Source of the DNA: Candidatus Flavonifractor merdigallinarum
Lineage (GTDB): Bacteria > Bacillota > Clostridia > Oscillospirales > Oscillospiraceae
NCBI GenBank assembly: GCA_019115265.1
Contig: DXDX01000218.1
Location: 1-54,276, forward strand
Direction: 5' to 3'
Length of the DNA stretch: 54,276 nucleotides
Positions within the stretch are counted from its first letter, which is position 1; the number at the start of each line of letters is the position of its first letter. Of this stretch, positions 51,400 to 54,276 are shown piece by piece. A program made the position numbers and the translations under genes. The notes beneath the pieces are model-generated. The model did no database searches. It had not been told where the DNA came from and saw nothing but the letters and a program-made list of their open reading frames with translations.

Positions 51400-51546
51400 T
51401 TGACAGCCAGGAGCGGCCTATGCTATACTCCCCACACTGACAATTCAATGGGAGCATGTGAGGTTCTGTCATCGGATGGTTCCTCGTTTGGGTGCTTAAA
51501 TACATTCCGTAGATCGTAGAAGGAATGTATTTAGGCACCCTTTTTT
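51400..51546 (+). promoter_or_regulatory. Promoter plus structured leader with terminator (putative attenuator/riboswitch) of the MATE gene
   Basis: TTGACA-18-TATACT with TG extension; 19-bp stem 51490-51508/51522-51540 + T6 upstream of the RBS. Confidence 0.72.
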
Positions 51547-51587
51547 CTGTCCTCAGAACCGGCACATCCCCAAGTAAGGAGGCTGTT

Positions 51588-52928
51588 ATGCGGATTCGAA
51601 CCATGGAAGTGTGGAAGTACATCTCTCTGAGCGTCCTGGGGATGCTGGGCGCCTCCGGGACCATTTTGGCGGATACCTTTTTTGTGTCCAACCGATTGGG
51701 CCCCACCGGGCTGGCCGCCCTGAATATTGCCATCTCCATTTTTGGGCTGCTCAACGGGGTGGGCATTCTGTTTGGCATGGGCGGCGCCACCCGCTACGCC
51801 ATCCTCAAGTCCCGGAGCCAGGAGAAGCAGGCGGACAGCGCCTTTACCCTCTCTCTTCTGTGTGCGCTGGGAGTGGGTGCGGGCTTTCTGCTCTTGGGCC
51901 TGTTTGGCACCAGCAATCTGGCCCGGGCTCTGGGCGCCAGCGGGGACCTTCTCCCCCTGTGCAGCACCTACCTGCGCACCGTCCTGTGCTTTGCGCCGTT
52001 TTTTATCGCTAATCACTTTTTTATGGCGCTCATCCGAAATGATGGAAACCCCAAACTGGCCATGTGCGCCATGGTGTCGGGGAGTCTTGCCAACATCATT
52101 CTGGACTATCTCTTCCTCTACCCGATGCATCTGGGGATATTCGGCGCGGCTCTGGCCACCGGCCTCTCCCCCCTGATTGGCCTCGCCATCTCCTCCCTCC
52201 ACGGGCTGACCAAGCGCAACCAGTTCCACCTCACCTGGGTTTCCTTCCGGTGCTCCCACCTGCGGGCCATCACCTCGCTGGGGCTGTCGTCGTTTGTCAA
52301 TGAGCTCTCCTCCAGCATTGTGCTGGTGGTGTTCAACCTCCTGCTTTTGAACGCCGCCGGGACCATTGGGGTGGCCGCCTATGGCATTGTAGCCAATCTG
52401 GCTCTGGTGGTTCTGGCGGTGTTCACCGGCATCGCCCAGGGCCTCCAGCCTCTGCTGAGCCGCTCCTATGGCACCGGCCACACACAAGAGGCCCGGTCCC
52501 TCCTGCGAAAGGGACAGCTCTGCGCCCTTTTGGTGGGCATTGTGGTGTGGGCCGCCTCGGCCCTCTGGGCTCCCGCGCTGGCGGCGCTCTTTAACAGCGC
52601 GGGGGACCCCCTCCTGCAAACCCTGGCGGAAGAGGGACTGGTGCTCTATTTTGGCGGATTTCTCTTTCTGGGGTACAACTATATGTCCGCCGCCTTCCTC
52701 AGCGCCACCGAGCGCGGCAGATCCGCCTTCTGGATTTCCCTCTTCCGGGGCTGTGTGGGCATCACCGTCTCAGCCTGTCTGATGGCGCGCTTTTGGGGTG
52801 TAACCGGAATCTGGCTGTCCTTCCCGGTGGTAGAGCTGGGGACGCTGCTTCTCTCCTGGGCGCTCCAGCGCCCCCGCACCACACCGGCTGACAGCACCTG
52901 TGCCGCTCCTCTCCCCACCTCCCGATAG
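51588..52928 (+). CDS. MATE family efflux transporter
   Basis: ILADTFFV, RNDGNPKLAM, NIILDYLF, GAALATG, QGLQPL; ATG after AAGGAGG. Confidence 0.9.
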   Translation: MRIRTMEVWKYISLSVLGMLGASGTILADTFFVSNRLGPTGLAALNIAISIFGLLNGVGILFGMGGATRYAILKSRSQEKQADSAFTLSLLCALGVGAGFLLLGLFGTSNLARALGASGDLLPLCSTYLRTVLCFAPFFIANHFFMALIRNDGNPKLAMCAMVSGSLANIILDYLFLYPMHLGIFGAALATGLSPLIGLAISSLHGLTKRNQFHLTWVSFRCSHLRAITSLGLSSFVNELSSSIVLVVFNLLLLNAAGTIGVAAYGIVANLALVVLAVFTGIAQGLQPLLSRSYGTGHTQEARSLLRKGQLCALLVGIVVWAASALWAPALAALFNSAGDPLLQTLAEEGLVLYFGGFLFLGYNYMSAAFLSATERGRSAFWISLFRGCVGITVSACLMARFWGVTGIWLSFPVVELGTLLLSWALQRPRTTPADSTCAAPLPTSR

Positions 52929-52965
52929 AAAAAAGCAGCAAATCCCCCTGGATTTCCTGCTTTTA
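52929..52965. terminator. Probable bidirectional terminator
   Basis: AAAAGCAG.AAATCC / GGATTT.CTGCTTTT between convergent genes. Confidence 0.7.
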
Positions 52966-53015
52966 TCTGAACAACACGTTCCCATTTTTCTGTTGTATCC
53001 ACATTCCAGACCCGC

Positions 53016-53792
53016 TCACTCGAAGATATCCATGCCAGGGACCGGCACAATGGCCAGCATCTCCTCACACAGACGCTGAATGACGTCGGCGTTGGAGTCC
53101 ATAATGGCGCGGTAAATCTCCTCATGGGTCTCATTGACCAGCATCTGCGGCAGTCCCGCCTCCGCTCTGGCCCGGACCCGGCGGCTCAGCAGCTGCTTGA
53201 TGTGCTCCCGAATCAAGACCTGCACCATCTGGTAGATGTCCCGAAAGAGGCTGTTGTGGCTCATTTGAATAATCTGGTAGTGGAAGAGGAAATCCGCGTC
53301 CACCACATGGTCCAGCCGCTCCTCATCGTCAATGTCCTTGTAGAACTCCACCGTCATATCGTTGTAGTATTGAAGCGCGGCGCCCAGGCGCTCCCGCTCC
53401 TCCTCCGTCGATTTCTGGAGCGCCAGACGCATACACTCGCTCTCCAGCAGGTAGCGCAGCTGCTGCACATCGGCGTACTTGTCCTCGCCCTCGTAAAAGA
53501 CGGCCACTTCCCGCATGATGGGCTTGAGAGAGAAACTTTTGACATAGGACCCCTCCCCCACCCGCGTCTCAATAATACCCAGGGTGTTGAGCTTTTGCAG
53601 CGCCATGCGCACACTCAGCCGGTTGACGCCAAAAATTTCCGCAAATTCCGACTCGGAGGGGATTTTATCCCCCGGTTTCCACAGTCCATCTGCAATATCC
53701 TGTTTGATTGAGGCACAAACCTGGTCCACCACGGTCACCCGGGCGATTTTCGCTTTTCGCCTGCCGGATCGGCCAGCTAATTCTGTCTCCAT
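53016..53792 (-). CDS. FadR/GntR family regulator
   Basis: GDKIPSE.E.A..FGVNR.SVR.AL, GEGSYV, DFLFH. Confidence 0.9.
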   Translation of the reverse strand: METELAGRSGRRKAKIARVTVVDQVCASIKQDIADGLWKPGDKIPSESEFAEIFGVNRLSVRMALQKLNTLGIIETRVGEGSYVKSFSLKPIMREVAVFYEGEDKYADVQQLRYLLESECMRLALQKSTEEERERLGAALQYYNDMTVEFYKDIDDEERLDHVVDADFLFHYQIIQMSHNSLFRDIYQMVQVLIREHIKQLLSRRVRARAEAGLPQMLVNETHEEIYRAIMDSNADVIQRLCEEMLAIVPVPGMDIFE

Positions 53793-53937
53793 AGCAATTC
53801 CACCTAACTCTGTTTTCCCCAGCAAGGCCTCTCTCCAAGCGCCTGATTTTAGTGGGGGATTATATTTATTATAGTCGATTTTTTTCCAGATGTCACCGGC
53901 TTTTCAAGGATTTTTTCATCTCTTACCGCACAGGCGA

Positions 53938-53977
53938 ACAGCCCCCCTTCTGTCCAAACGGGCGGAAGGGGGGCTGT
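53938..53977 (-). terminator. Hairpin downstream of the enolase-superfamily gene
   Basis: ACAGCCCCCCTTC / GAAGGGGGGCTGT stem; weak U tract. Confidence 0.55.
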
Positions 53978-54009
53978 CGTTGGAAGGAGTCGATCCGGTT
54001 TGAGATAGG

Positions 54010-54276
54010 TTACTCGATAACCACCTTGCGCGCGGTGGCCATCTCCTGCTCGCTCATCTCCTGGCCGATGCCGGGCAGGTCGGGCACCTCATAGAACCCA
54101 TTCTTGGGCTCATAGAAGTACTTGCCGGCATTCTTGAACTTGGTGAGCAGGTTGGCGTTGTGCTCCTCGTGGATGACGAAGTTGGGGATGATGGCCTCCA
54201 CCTGGAGCGCCGCCGCAGTGGCGATGGGGCCGCCGCAGACGTGGATCTGCACGCCGATGTCGTACACCTGGGCCAT
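54010..54276 (-). CDS. Mandelate racemase/enolase superfamily dehydratase, C-terminal part (runs off the window)
   Basis: QIHVCGGPIATAAALQ, PNF.IHE, G...VPDLPGIG. Confidence 0.8.
   Translation of the reverse strand: MAQVYDIGVQIHVCGGPIATAAALQVEAIIPNFVIHEEHNANLLTKFKNAGKYFYEPKNGFYEVPDLPGIGQEMSEQEMATARKVVIE

Noticed and set aside
51452-51500. Assignment of the MATE leader to guanidine-IV or Na+ (DUF1646) riboswitch classes
   Set aside because: Only a GGGTGC fragment resembles what I recall of those consensus sequences; left unassigned pending a covariance-model search

Overview
GC-rich chromosomal segment, most consistent with a gut Firmicute of the Clostridia (Oscillospiraceae-like). This is inferred from the SLH domains, LicT/RAT, sigmaA promoters and lipoproteins. 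Contents in order: a beta-glucoside PTS operon (RAT/terminator, licT, EIIBCA, GH1); an Opp peptide ABC operon with a GntR regulator and a divergent M42 peptidase; a hemerythrin-CheX fusion; an alpha-galactoside/sucrose (msm-like) locus whose binding-protein gene carries an in-frame TAA; tRNA-Leu and initiator tRNA-Met; AEC and DUF2798-like membrane proteins; nifS-nifU; a chemoreceptor; marR; an accessory block (DUF6630-like protein, VanX-like lipoprotein, frameshifted SLH D,D-carboxypeptidase, MalT-like STAND/LuxR regulator, DUF4157 eCIS-core-domain protein); a second, Ami-type Opp operon; a five-gene operon of immunity-like proteins with LemA and DUF3137; a MATE gene with an attenuator-like leader; FadR; and a partial enolase-superfamily gene. 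No integrase, transposase or CRISPR array was seen. Best novelty candidates are the orphan DUF4157 protein beside the MalT-like regulator, the immunity-like/LemA operon, the hemerythrin-CheX fusion, two terminator-containing leaders, and a G_GGA_AAG slippery site at the carboxypeptidase frameshift. Family assignments come from motif recognition by eye, not from database searches.
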